Of a DNA stretch of 64,000 nt, positions 9,999 through 21,289 are shown one piece after another (the first letter of the stretch is position 1; every line of letters begins with the position of its first letter). Under the pieces are notes generated by a model. It did not search any database and was not told where the DNA came from. It was given only the letters and a program-made list of their open reading frames with translations. This DNA comes from a virus: positions 32,001 through 96,000 of the IMG/VR virus record IMGVR_UViG_3300027881_000007, one strand, 5' to 3'. The position numbers and the translations under genes are program-made.

Positions 9999-10360
9999 GT
10001 ATCATCCTCCTACTTCCTCAGTTCTATCGCCAGAGAATCACTCCCAAATATGGCCACAGTCTCGTGTTACCAAAAACACAAAAAGCCAAATTGTAAAAGT
10101 TCCATCTTGCTTTTTTAACCAAGTCTTCTTGCTGACAATGAATACACATGATTTTTACTCCTCCTATTTAGGTGGCCAAAAAAACTTCCTCAACCAATCA
10201 AGGAACATAACAATAGTAATGATACCACATATAAGGGATCCCCAAGCCATCACTTCTGCTGATAAAGGAGGAGGTCCTATCTTTCCAATAGGCATATTCG
10301 GATATAGTACACCTTCCCAAAACCTTGTTAGGTGGTCTATAAAGTTCATATATCATCCTC

Positions 10361-10867
10361 CTATACAGTTACCTTTTTCAACTTTCCTCCAACCTTACCT
10401 ATATACTTATTAACCTTGGCCTTGCACTTAGTGGGATCCTTCGACTTATCACATGCTTTGATTGCTTGTTTAAGATCCAACAATTGTTGACTCAATGCAT
10501 TAATTCTATACTGTTTCATACATGCCGTTTTTTCTTCACCTGACCTATTAGCACATGCCTTAGACGCTGGACTATATTTAGCCTTATATAGTTTATATGA
10601 AAGATAGACCAACAACGCTGCTACAGCTATACCACCTATAGCGGTACCATATTTCCCAAAAAATGAAACGGATGATTTAGCATCAGGATATATCTTCCTT
10701 GCATTATCTTCCATTTGCTTAACCCATTCCCAGTCTACCTTAGGGTCAAGGTCTACATCCCCGGGTTTCATTGTTACATCTATTTCATCATAGTCCCACT
10801 CTATCTTTTCATCTAACATTAAGTACATCACATATTGGTCTATAATTAGTGATTCATATGACGGCAT
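10361..10867 (-). CDS. Putative virion internal membrane protein, paralog of 3527..3874
   Basis: TM-like GTAIGGIAVAALLVYL; KACANRSGEEKTAC...KACDKSKDPTKCKAKV. Confidence 0.6.
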   Translation of the reverse strand: MPSYESLIIDQYVMYLMLDEKIEWDYDEIDVTMKPGDVDLDPKVDWEWVKQMEDNARKIYPDAKSSVSFFGKYGTAIGGIAVAALLVYLSYKLYKAKYSPASKACANRSGEEKTACMKQYRINALSQQLLDLKQAIKACDKSKDPTKCKAKVNKYIGKVGGKLKKVTV

Positions 10868-10876
10868 ATAATCCTC

Positions 10877-11606
10877 CTATACTAGTTGCTCCATAGCGTC
10901 AATAATACCTCGTATATTAGTGCGACTATTAAGACAATCACATGGGGGTCTGCCAACACAATCACAAAAGGTTACCACCTGACAGTAAGGACACTTATAC
11001 CATACAGTCAACCTTTTATTACACCTTATACAGTTGACCTCATAATCCCTATCACCTAACTCATTGTCAATCATACGGACATTGAAAAGATGTTCATCCT
11101 GAGTATCAATCATATACATGACCCCTACTAAGTATATCTTCTTTCAACTGTTTAGCTCCACACATTATAACCATATAATTCATACGTTCAATAAGGCATC
11201 TAATTTCTTTAGTCGTGGTCATACACCTACATACATATCCTGTGCAGTCACCACAGAAATATACCTTCTTACATGACGGACAATTAAAGCGATCCCCTGT
11301 ACGCATACCACAGTTGATGCAATATACAATCTCATCAATATCATCTATGATAATTAATTTTGCAGTTTTGCCTTTGATCATATACGACCCCTACAGATTC
11401 AGTTGCTTCATCTCCTCAATAGTCTCTCTCAATATATTAATGAGAGTATCAGAACATCCACACAAAGGTTCTGCATGACAATCACAGAAATATACACTCC
11501 CACATTGAGGACAAGTATACCAATCCTCTACTGGTTCATTACACCTCATACAGTATAGTACAGTATCATCTATAATGGTTAAGTCTGGAGTTTCGCCCTT
11601 GATCAT
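10877..11606 (-). CDS. Three tandem paralogous Cys-rich small proteins (10877-11119, 11106-11381, 11391-11606)
   Basis: Shared CxxC-x8-CPxC-x3-(Y/T)FC(G)DC-x4-5-CxC; two begin MIKG. Confidence 0.7.
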
Positions 11607-11615
11607 ATATGACTC

Positions 11616-12419
11616 CTATATAGTTGGTGCTTTCTCTGGCCACTGCCCCATAGTGGGTTGTCCGGGCGGTATAACTTCTTCCTCTTGGGGTTTTGTATTT
11701 GAGGTTATATTTGTATTTTGTTCCTGTGGGGTATTTATTTGACCTATATGTTCAGTGTGTTCAGGGTCTTTTATGTAGGGTTTGTCAGAATCGAAGGGAG
11801 ACTGTTCCTTTTTGGACCTTTTGGAATTGAAGTATTCCTTTAGTTCAGGCGTGAGGTGGTGTAAACGGTTATTTGCGGATAGCATATCGAGCATATGGAT
11901 GAAGTGTACATATGGGTGGTAATCACGGAAGTTAAATTCGTCGGCATTCTTGACATCTGTAGACCATCGTCCTTGATGGAAGCGTAAACAGTCTTCTAGA
12001 ATGTCGTACATATCATCGGAATATAGTTGGAGGATGATTTCTCGGTTTTTCCTGAGCTTTTGTGCTGCGATCAAGTCGTGAGCATTTGCAGTATGAGATC
12101 GTTCTGTTGGATTTTCTCCATATTTCCAAGCGTCGTGCAACGCAATTGACAGGCATATGATGTCTGCATCAACTGATTTCGGTTCTGCTCCATACATCCT
12201 CATTACTTTAGTTGCTGCGTATAACATTTCATATGTATGCTCGATAACTGTCGGAACTCGCCCATCATCCTTATTGTGGTATTTCCCAGTTGACGAAGTT
12301 GGGCGTTGCCATATCGAATATATCTTAGTCAGCATTGCAGTCCACAACTTGAATCCATCCTCTGTCATGTTCTCTTTCAATAGATCATTCATCTCAGCTT
12401 CATAGTTCATGGTTGTCAT
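11616..12419 (-). CDS. HD-domain phosphohydrolase
   Basis: SSTGKYH...EHT...LHDAWKYG...RFHQGRW...HMLDML. Confidence 0.85.
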   Translation of the reverse strand: MTTMNYEAEMNDLLKENMTEDGFKLWTAMLTKIYSIWQRPTSSTGKYHNKDDGRVPTVIEHTYEMLYAATKVMRMYGAEPKSVDADIICLSIALHDAWKYGENPTERSHTANAHDLIAAQKLRKNREIILQLYSDDMYDILEDCLRFHQGRWSTDVKNADEFNFRDYHPYVHFIHMLDMLSANNRLHHLTPELKEYFNSKRSKKEQSPFDSDKPYIKDPEHTEHIGQINTPQEQNTNITSNTKPQEEEVIPPGQPTMGQWPEKAPTI

Positions 12420-12552
12420 CCTCCCTTTCAGAGTTTCAAATTAATTCTATGTTTGCCTATGGCAACAGGTATTCAGAGTCTCATATCGCGTTATATACGC
12501 CGCTATATACACCGCTATACATAAACAACTGTTTACAAACATAAATTATTGT

Positions 12553-12876
12553 TTATGTCATCTTGTATGGATCAACTATAAGCCATTGCTCATACTCCCA
12601 CCGCCTCATATTAACTAATACATCACAATTGTCGTCGGTTCTAATAAAGATCCATCTTCGGGTGAAACCAGTTATGACCCCACGCTTACCTCTAACCTCT
12701 ACCTTCACATTAATGCTCAGTCTCTTATTGACCATGAAGTAGAAGTATGCGACCATGCTATCAATAAAGTTCTTGAGAGCTAACATGACTCCAAATGCAA
12801 TAAGAGTTTGAAATAGGAACCACCATAGTTGCGGTTTAACTGCTGTCATTATTTCCATCATCTCCTTCTGTCCCAT
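12553..12876 (-). CDS. Membrane protein with MscS-like beta domain
   Basis: Hydrophobic N-terminal half followed by VKVEVRGKRGVITGF. Confidence 0.5.
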   Translation of the reverse strand: MGQKEMMEIMTAVKPQLWWFLFQTLIAFGVMLALKNFIDSMVAYFYFMVNKRLSINVKVEVRGKRGVITGFTRRWIFIRTDDNCDVLVNMRRWEYEQWLIVDPYKMT

Positions 12877-13482
12877 AACATATCTCCTTCTCTCTTAAGT
12901 ATTCTTTTACTATCTGTATAACTCGACTTCGTATGTCATTGAGCATTTTCTTAGTTCTTAGATGTTTTGGTTGATAAAGAGTCTCGTCGTCATAGAATTC
13001 CTGACCAATTCGTGAGTAAATCTCTTTTAAATGCTCACAAGACTCTGAACAGTTTACATATATTAGGCACTGTGAGCAAATTAGGTCATTTATCGGATCT
13101 GATAGGTTTTTCACTGTTGAGTCGATTTTGACCTGCTCACGTGGATCCTGCGTAAAAATTTTCTTTCTAATCATGGTGCATCCAACCGCCGCCTTTTCTA
13201 ACTTTTTATCTGGATGAGATTTTTTTATGGATCGGTCATACCCAATCTTGTATAGCACTAATTTTTTCCATCATGTAAGAGAATGATCCAGATGAAGGGG
13301 ATTAAGATAATAAGGAGCGTCATACAAACAATTAACTTAACGGGTTCCTTTAAAGCTCCTCTTCTCTCCTCTTGTCGCTCATACTTCCTCTTATCCTCAC
13401 AGGATATAGAACAAGCAGATATAATTAAGCAAGCGGGACAAGGATCCCTCAGTCGGGTAAACATCCACTTTTTCATACTCAA
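12836..13482 (-). CDS. Two Cx2Cx5Cx3C family proteins (12836-13258, 13258-13482)
   Basis: CSQCLIYVNCSESC and CPACLIISACSISC. Confidence 0.65.
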
Positions 13483-13710
13483 GATCCCACGAATTTTTTA
13501 GTATCCAATTTTTCACCCTATATAGGAGTTTCAACTCCATCTTCATCCACCTTAGAGTCCATATAGAAAATCAAACCCCCACATATAATCATATGGATAA
13601 AGAAAGCATTCCATAGACCCATAACAGGTAGACTAATGAAAATAGCAATTGCCATATTCAATACCACCAGGGTTATCCAAGGGTAGAACCACATTCAGTC
13701 TTCCCCCTCC

Positions 13711-14145
13711 CTACCTTATACCATTAATTATGTCATAATTCTTCTTCACAAAAGCAAGGGCCTTCTTTTTACCCTTCTCCTCCAACTTCCTCATTAATAC
13801 CTTAACTTTCTCATCCTTGTCTTTCAACCCTTGCATATTTTTATCTAATAGTTCATTATACTTTTTCTTCTTCTCAGGATCTGTGGTCTTAGTGATCACT
13901 TTCTTAAGGGCACTAATGGCACATCTCTGGTGACATAGGATTCCTAACTTGCCACTCTTTGACATATACTGAACATATAGCATCCCCGGAAGGGTACCTA
14001 ATAGGAATCCTGTTGCTGTCTTGGTACTCAACTTTAGTAGTTTATCACACCTTCTATTACATGGTATGACCTCTTTCATAAATTCTTTGCCATAATATGC
14101 TTCATGTATGTATAACTGTTCTAAATAGGTATCCATTATTTCCAT
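13711..14145 (-). CDS. Putative virion internal protein
   Basis: Start reassigned to MEIMDTYLEQLYIHE after a GGAGGAG RBS; hydrophobic segment and paired Cys. Confidence 0.55.
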   Translation of the reverse strand: MEIMDTYLEQLYIHEAYYGKEFMKEVIPCNRRCDKLLKLSTKTATGFLLGTLPGMLYVQYMSKSGKLGILCHQRCAISALKKVITKTTDPEKKKKYNELLDKNMQGLKDKDEKVKVLMRKLEEKGKKKALAFVKKNYDIINGIR

Positions 14146-14365
14146 CTTAACTCCTCCCCCTCCCCCTGTCCTCAATCCAATAAGGGGAATCCTCATCTAT
14201 ATTCAATAGTTTACCACAATGGTTACAGTATGCAGGGTACCCATCCATTACATAGGAAAATGTGTGCATACTCATACCTTTACATAGGGAGCAGACAAAT
14301 TTATCCAACCTCTCATAGTCTACAGCTTCTTTCAATTTTTCACCTCCCTCTCCTTAGAACAATCC

Positions 14366-14821
14366 TTAAATGGTCATCTCTATATTCATTACTGTATCAG
14401 GATGCAATATCATATCGTCTTTGTTTATATGCCAATAGTCTTTAGTAGTACCACCAAACTTACGGGACATACCATCCCAATCTGCAATCATCTGTTTAAC
14501 ATACTTCATTGGCATAGGTATGGGGATTATCTCGTCTTTCCTAGTTACACTGACCCAATAATTCCAGTGGTGTTTATTTCTCTTTTGATGCCTTAACCAA
14601 CCCAACTGAAAGTTCATATTGTGTTCGTCAGACTGTTTGTACTCCTCGGTGCGATTTGTCTCATTAAAAAACCTTGCATATGGAATAAACTCTGACGGCA
14701 GAAACTTTGATAAATCATGGGTTATGCCATGGATGAATTGCCTAGACTTGACACACTCTATAAATACATTCCATTTATGCTCACACACATACCAAAAGTA
14801 TCTCCAGTACATACTACTCAA
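14366..14821 (-). CDS. HD-like conserved phage protein (DUF5662-like)
   Basis: HKWNV...HDLSKFLPSEFIPYA...HQKRNKHHWNYW...MIADW. Confidence 0.7.
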   Translation of the reverse strand: MSSMYWRYFWYVCEHKWNVFIECVKSRQFIHGITHDLSKFLPSEFIPYARFFNETNRTEEYKQSDEHNMNFQLGWLRHQKRNKHHWNYWVSVTRKDEIIPIPMPMKYVKQMIADWDGMSRKFGGTTKDYWHINKDDMILHPDTVMNIEMTI

Positions 14822-14956
14822 CCTCTTGTTCTCTTATATCAGAACAATCCTCACAGGTATATTCCATCTCCTCTCCTACAAGGAAACATACCACAGGTTC
14901 ATTACTTATCATAGGGTCTATCTGTTTATTACAGTCAGAACAGTTCACATTAACTC

Positions 14957-15220
14957 CTATATATGCAGGAACAATGATGCCATAGCTCCACCAAATAATA
15001 TTACCCAAAATATCAACTTCATAGCTTCCACTGTATCAAATAGGTTCTTCCTAATCACACCACACCTACTATTATATAAAATACATTGCTCACACACTTC
15101 AGTACATATAGTTTCAATGAGGCATCTCTCACAGGGGTTTCTTAGTATCTTAACCCTGTTGAGTCCTTCTATCAACTTGTCATCCCATATCCATTGACGG
15201 TCATCCATATTGTCATCCAT
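14957..15220 (-). CDS. Cx2Cx5Cx3C family membrane protein
   Basis: CERCLIETICTEVC plus C-terminal TM segment. Confidence 0.6.
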   Translation of the reverse strand: MDDNMDDRQWIWDDKLIEGLNRVKILRNPCERCLIETICTEVCEQCILYNSRCGVIRKNLFDTVEAMKLIFWVILFGGAMASLFLHI

Positions 15221-15262
15221 CCCAACTCCTACCTTGAAAACTCAGAGTCCAAGTCCGAATTT

Positions 15263-15673
15263 TCATTGAGGTCCATACTTGGGTAATGTGATCCAGGGTT
15301 TTTTGTATTCAGTCTTGCTAAAACTAACCTTCTCTGAATAATAACCATTTGATTCACCTAACCATCTAATGGTCACAGAACCTATAATGGTTGACAACTT
15401 ATAGAATGTCCATGTAAAACTCTCACTACCATACTCCACAGAGTGGTCGTGCTTCTCATTACTAACAACCTCTTCGGCCAACAGTATGGGGTTACCAATT
15501 AAATCCTTTAAATCTCCAACAACATCCACGATGTTGACGGTTTCACATCAGTCTTTGGCATGATACATCTTATATATATCACCTTCTTCGGTGGTAAATG
15601 TCATCTCCGTACTGCCTACATTACCATTGATCTCCTTTATGATCTCATTTTTCATTTCTTCGAACCTTGCCAC
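15263..15673 (-). CDS. Conserved phage protein with in-frame UGA at 15548-15550 (candidate selenocysteine)
   Basis: GGAGG RBS then GTG at 15673 (or ATG at 15655), in frame with ORF 15263..15529: ...[35 protein letters not shown]...TWTFYKL...[12 protein letters not shown]. The family normally reads DCCE (recalled). Confidence 0.75.
15520..15536 (-). promoter_or_regulatory. Candidate bacterial SECIS-like hairpin
   Basis: CAACAUC-GUG-GAUGUUG, perfect 7-bp stem, 11 nt after the UGA. Confidence 0.6.
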
Positions 15674-15963
15674 TTGTCGTCCCTCCGCCTCAATTCAAAT
15701 TGATACTCATTACCGTCCCTGAACTCCAGCCTGTGGATACACAACTCCCACCATAGTAGTTTAATGGACTTCCATTTTAGTTTGATTGTCATCTTCAACT
15801 CCTTGAACTCTTCCATCAACTTAATGTATTCGTCTGCAGCTATCTTATCTATAATATAAGTAGAACTCATGAGGCTGTGTCTTTCTAATCTCTGTATGAT
15901 ATTGTTCTTCATCCTTTCGATGACTCTATCTATTGCATCATTCCATCCTTTGTAATAGTCCAT
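15652..15963 (-). CDS. Hypothetical protein
   Basis: 103-aa ORF; YYKGWNDAID N-terminus. Confidence 0.5.
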   Translation of the reverse strand: MDYYKGWNDAIDRVIERMKNNIIQRLERHSLMSSTYIIDKIAADEYIKLMEEFKELKMTIKLKWKSIKLLWWELCIHRLEFRDGNEYQFELRRRDDKWQGSKK

Positions 15964-15969
15964 AATCCG

Positions 15970-16543
15970 TCACTCTACGAGAGTGTCCACAATATAGTTT
16001 AGGTTTTCTATTAACTCGTCCTCACTAACCTTATATGTACATCCTCCTAACCATCCCATCATTGCTCCATAAACTGTATGATAATTCTGACACGCTCCAC
16101 TACATATAGTGAATACTAGACAGTCTGTGCATATTTCTCTAACAACCAATGTTACTACGGCCATTAAATCCCATCCACTTCGAATGATCTTTGTGTGATC
16201 TTGTGCGGCCAAGTTTATACTGCTATGGTTGTATTTGAAGTCTGCCACACTGGGGATAATGTCAATTTTCTTCATGATTGCTGTCATCTTCTTCTTTAAA
16301 CTCCTTTAATATAGTCCAGAACTTCTCTTCTATTCTCTTTTTAGATACATTTAGGTCAGCTATATCTACTAACCATTTCCACATACGACCATAGACCGCG
16401 TCGAAACTAGGGCAACCTATGGTGCAAGTCGATACCACGAGACATTCCTTACAGAGGTTTTCGTCTATTAGGGGTCTGGTTGTCTCTGTGGCATCTTGAT
16501 ATAATGCCTCGACCCTCACTTCGAGGTCATGTATGTTGGACAT
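15970..16543 (-). CDS. Two Cx2Cx5Cx3C family proteins (15970-16287, 16262-16543)
   Basis: CTDCLVFTICSGAC and CKECLVVSTCTIGC; shared xYGxMxxWL helix. Confidence 0.7.
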
Positions 16544-16925
16544 CCTTTATAATCTCCTTGAAGTCTATTATATTCCAAAAGTCCGTAAAACCTTGACAGG
16601 GTAATTTCCAACCCATATGTGTAGAACGCCAGTTGGTATCACCCCACATACCAATGCTGATTTTAGATTCGCCACACCTCTCACAGTACCACATCTCTCC
16701 GCCACCAATCCATTTGTGGGTACGGTCATATCTATAGACTTCTCTATCACTTATAGTTGTCATACTTAGACTTCCAGGGCTTCCAGTAGTAGGGACAATA
16801 TAAACCTTTTTTACCTGCCTGGGGGCTGTGGCAATAACATACTCTACCTATCTTTATTCCGTGCATACAATAACCTTTTATATTCATTTTATGCCACTCA
16901 CATTCATTTTGTCTACTTTTAAATT

Positions 16926-17213
16926 CTATGATAATTCTCCACTCACATAGTCTAAACCGAGGCACTCCCATAGGTCTTCTCTTAAACTACCATATACCCA
17001 CCAAGTGCAATGCTCTCGTCTTATAGTGTGACAAGTAACACAAGTTTTGAATGTATTGAATCGACCATCCCATTTACCATTAACTCTTTCATACTTCTGC
17101 CCTGGTAGAATCGGTTCACCACATTCACAACACTTATGGGTCTTCCTGGCAACTACAACCTTCTCTGTAGCAAACTCAGGCATATCGCCCGTGTCATTAC
17201 ATACACATTTCAT
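16926..17213 (-). CDS. Zinc-finger phage protein
   Basis: ARKTHKCCECG...GKWDG...KTCVTC. Confidence 0.65.
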   Translation of the reverse strand: MKCVCNDTGDMPEFATEKVVVARKTHKCCECGEPILPGQKYERVNGKWDGRFNTFKTCVTCHTIRREHCTWWVYGSLREDLWECLGLDYVSGELS

Positions 17214-17727
17214 GTTGAATCTCCAATCTCTATTTGCTTGTTCTTAAATAGGTTTTCGTGACCCTGAAAACCAGGGAACAGCTGATAATAAGATAGTCCA
17301 TCTGCCTTAATTTCATCTAATTCAACAGATAAATGTGTAGGTATAAAGTCTCCTGAATATTCAGAACTTTTATTTGAGAGGTATATATTTGTAACTATAT
17401 GTCCAGTCTCTTGATGGAATTTATATAATAGTTGGGCAAGTCGGGATTCAAGTTCACACCTCTTCTTCTTTATTTTCTCTAGGTCTTTCATCTTCTTCAT
17501 TTCAACTCCTTCTCTTTGAGGACTTAGACTTCAGTTTCTTGATTTTGTGTCCCTTCACTTTGTGAGGTGGCAACTTATAACCTACAAGCTCCCCCGAGAA
17601 TCTGCCAAATACATCCATGGGTTTTAGTCTTTTATTGCACACGGGACATCTATATTTCTTATCATTATCGTCGAACCATGCTTCACCAGTACACCAGTCG
17701 CTCATTCTAAATCTCCCATGACCTCCC

Positions 17728-18326
17728 TTACCTTCTCGCTTGCTCAACTAAACCTTCTATTCTGTCTAATATTCCTAAGTAATTTAATTCGCCGGCCGTG
17801 TACTTGTGCTCATTATCATTTAACCACTGTACCATGCTTTTATATGTATCTAAGTACTCTGAACACACAACTTTACACACTGGGTCAACTAAACATTCCC
17901 CACATACTACACCTGATATAACAGTTAGTACTTCTCTAGCCGTGGGACCACACTCAAATTTATAGTTTAAACCTATCATCTTAATATTTACTGTTGGCTT
18001 CTTACATCCCTTTAGTTGTTGGTGTTCCTTCGAACCGGACGGGATGTTTATATAAATGGGGTCTACTGCTGTTAATTTATCTCTCATTATTTCCATCAAT
18101 TCCCCCAAGTCTCTACTAACTCGTCTAGTTTTATTTTGAACTCATCTTCTGTAACATTGTATCCTTTTATCCTGGAGAACCAACTTATCATTGTTCCATG
18201 TATCATGGAGTAGTTGTGACATGACATTTCACATATGAAACCAACCAGGCAGTCCTTACATACAACTTCCTCTATAGCAATTAATATATGTCTACCCCAT
18301 CCCGGTTTCCATTCTACTTGCTCCAC
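17728..18326 (-). CDS. Two Cx2Cx5Cx3C family proteins (17728-18108, 18096-18326)
   Basis: CGECLVDPVCKVVC and CKDCLVGFICEMSC. Confidence 0.7.
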
Positions 18327-18574
18327 GTTTCACCCTTCTTCCTCTGTATTACACTCATTGCCTGCCTGAGAAAATGTTGCTCAACCTTCTTTGTATAGGG
18401 ACGACTTTTGTCTATTCTACCAGTTGCACGTTCCGCCCAATCATACTTTCCTCTGCCGTCACAATGAGGACATACAATTGCCTCTGGTTCAAATGGTTCA
18501 TCATTCGTGGGTGCTAATACTAGTCCAACTCCACTACATTGACCACATAAATATTCACCCTCTTTTAATCTCAC
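18314..18574 (-). CDS. DnaJ-type zinc-finger small protein
   Basis: CGQCSGVG...CPHCDGRG. Confidence 0.65.
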   Translation of the reverse strand: MRLKEGEYLCGQCSGVGLVLAPTNDEPFEPEAIVCPHCDGRGKYDWAERATGRIDKSRPYTKKVEQHFLRQAMSVIQRKKGETWSK

Positions 18575-19463
18575 TAAATCTATCCTTCCATGTTTCGTGT
18601 GTAATCAATATAGCCTTCGCTCGATGTGAGAGTATACCTTTAGCTTCAAATACTTCCCATAGTTCATCACAGACTTCACTACAGTTCATAAACAATATGC
18701 AGTCACTACATTTCTCTTCGACTACCTGAGTTGCCTTGTCGGCCATCTCACTCCAGTCTTGTTTGTTCTTCGTTATTTCTCTTGGGAATAGTTTCACTTT
18801 ATATAATCTCCCCATCTATCAACTACATGTCTCACTCGATGTGCCATACTTACAGGGGTTATGAGATCTAAAGGGATATTGATATTATTCTCCCTTAATA
18901 CCTCGTATAAGTCGACACAGGATTCGCTACATCTGGTGTACAATAGGCATCCCTGACATTTCTCTAAAATAATTTCAACTAATCTTTCAGCTTCTCTCAT
19001 TTAATACTTATTCCTCCACGCATTCCGTATGAGTATACCCATTACTCGATGTGTATAGATTTTCTCCCTTTCAAATTCGCTCCACAACTCATCACAGACT
19101 TCACTACAATTCACTTGTACTATACACTTTTTACAATGTCCTCTAATAAGTTTAAGAGCTCTATCCACTTTTTCATTATCTGATAGTTCACGATCCTTCA
19201 TATGGAACCTCTTCACTTGTAACAGTATGCTTAAGAAACTTAACCATAGTTAGAATGTCTTTTTCTTCCATATCCCCTTGTGCTTTAATCCTCTCTAGAG
19301 AGGTCATGTATATCTCATTAAACTCGGGGCAAATGTCAGAGCATGTTGTACTAACTAAACAATCAGGACAGAGCACTTTGACTATTGTAATCGCCATTAC
19401 TCTTATCGCTCTGGCTGGAACTTGAGGTTGATTCGTTGCTTTGTGACTATAACTATGTCTCAT
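18555..19463 (-). CDS. Four tandem Cx2Cx5Cx3C family proteins (18555-18815, 18794-19000, 19001-19216, 19188-19463)
   Basis: CSDCILFMNCSEVC, CQGCLLYTRCSESC, CKKCIVQVNCSEVC, CPDCLVSTTCSDIC. Confidence 0.75.
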
Positions 19464-19693
19464 TTTAGAGCATCCAGTATGGCAACTACATGGTTGCCCG
19501 TCGCACCACAGTAACCATTATATGCTTCTGGAACATTAATGTCCCACGTCTTAATAACATCCCACACAGCGTTAAATTCAGGTGTCTCCAGTTCTTCTGG
19601 TAGTGGATCTCTCCACTCGATTGGGTTCTTCAGTTCATTCACTTCTTTCACTTCTCTCTTCATTCGCTTGTCTCCTTTTAACCAAATAACCAA
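19460..19693 (-). CDS. Conserved hypothetical phage protein
   Basis: FNAVWDVIKTWDINVPEAYNGYCGATGNHVVAILDAL. Confidence 0.55.
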   Translation of the reverse strand: MVIWLKGDKRMKREVKEVNELKNPIEWRDPLPEELETPEFNAVWDVIKTWDINVPEAYNGYCGATGNHVVAILDALK

Positions 19694-20476
19694 TGAGCAA
19701 AGTCTAACAGTACCATATCTCTAAACTTTAAAATGAATCCATATAATCCGAAAACAATCAAAACTAGATATAAAAATCCTAAGAACATCGCAATAGTTGC
19801 TAGTGCAGATGCCAGGACTGCCAACCAGTGAAGTATTTTACGCCACCAGGGCAGTCCGGCATACCATTTTTCAAATGGTTTAGGATATTTCTGTTTAACT
19901 TTTGCCACTGCAAAATCCTATGCTTATCATTTCTTAAATAAAGATTTAACCCACTCAACAAACTTATCAACGTACTTCTTCACCAACGCTGGTTGTGCAA
20001 TAAAATTCCAACCAACTATTAAACCTATTCCAAAACTAATAATAAGGTCCATAATAATTGCCTCCTAGTATGGTATGATTGTGATTAAATCGGCCACCCC
20101 ATAACCTCCGTGGCCATTGCCCTCGCAGTTGTGCATATTAAATAGATGATCTCGGGGCACTTTGAATGTATTACTAATTAGGACATCCTGTAAAATTTTA
20201 TCTGGTACTATTTTCTCTTCTTTGTAAGTTAGTCCACAGTTTCTACAAGTGTAGACGAACTCGTTTTCCATGTTCCCTCCTCCTTCATTCGTTGTATATC
20301 ACTGACTTTTGTAAGATGACACCCACAAGTACACCATGTGAATCTTTTATCCTTTTCAAATAGTTCATATTCCTTTTCTTGTTTAAATCTTTCTATTGAT
20401 TCTGGAGACCATGTTTGATTACAGTTGTAGCATTTCCATAACCATCTATAATCATCTGGAAGTTTTCCCATTGTTT

Positions 20477-20668
20477 TTACTCCCAATAAATACAGTCAAC
20501 GGGGCACACTTCCATTGCCTCTGCTATACATTCTTGATCAGTACTATCTGGGTCGATAACTTCTGCCAGCTCTGTGGACTCATTAAAACGAAATATGTCA
20601 GGACATACAATGACACAATTTTCACATCCATTACATTCATCCGCATCTATTCTAACTCCTTTAGCCAT
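20477..20668 (-). CDS. fdx: Single-cluster 4Fe-4S ferredoxin
   Basis: CNGCENCVIVCPDIF...ECIAEAMEVCPVDCIYWE. Confidence 0.9.
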   Translation of the reverse strand: MAKGVRIDADECNGCENCVIVCPDIFRFNESTELAEVIDPDSTDQECIAEAMEVCPVDCIYWE

Positions 20669-20679
20669 ACCTAACTCCT

Positions 20680-20907
20680 TTATGTATATTGATGATTCTT
20701 CTGTTCTTTCACATCTCTTGCCATTGATAATAACTCCGCTTTACGTTCAACTGTTCTATCGTGATGTCTAGTGTCTGCACACATTATCATTAGATAATCT
20801 ATGCCTTCACAGTATTCACTACAAGTTGCTCTAACTATACAACCTTTACATACTATTTCTTTAATTGCTTTCTTACATTCATTATACATACGAATATGTT
20901 CTTTCAT
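20680..20907 (-). CDS. Cx2Cx5Cx3C family protein
   Basis: CKGCIVRATCSEYC. Confidence 0.65.
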   Translation of the reverse strand: MKEHIRMYNECKKAIKEIVCKGCIVRATCSEYCEGIDYLMIMCADTRHHDRTVERKAELLSMARDVKEQKNHQYT

Positions 20908-21289
20908 CTACGGTCCTCTGCAAGTTTTCTCTTAAACGCATCTACACATCTTCCGCATATGTCATATTCTTCTTTAAGTTTTTCAATGTATGATTCGCTT
21001 CCGTCCCATACTTGTTTAGAAGGATACAAATCAATACCGCAGCATCCTCGGGATGATCCTCCTTTTATGTGCACTTTCTTAGATTTTGAGGTCTGTTTAA
21101 CAATTAGAACAAGTTTTCTAGTACCAACTCTTGCCTTTGCTCGTCTTTTCCTTCTTCTTTCTTCTAGTATAAAGTCTGGAACTACTCCACCAAATATGGA
21201 TCTACAGGGACCCATGTGTGCCTTTCCACAATCCCAACACCGATCAGTCATCTTCGTCTCCTTCACTATTCACAGATACTCATCTTCAC

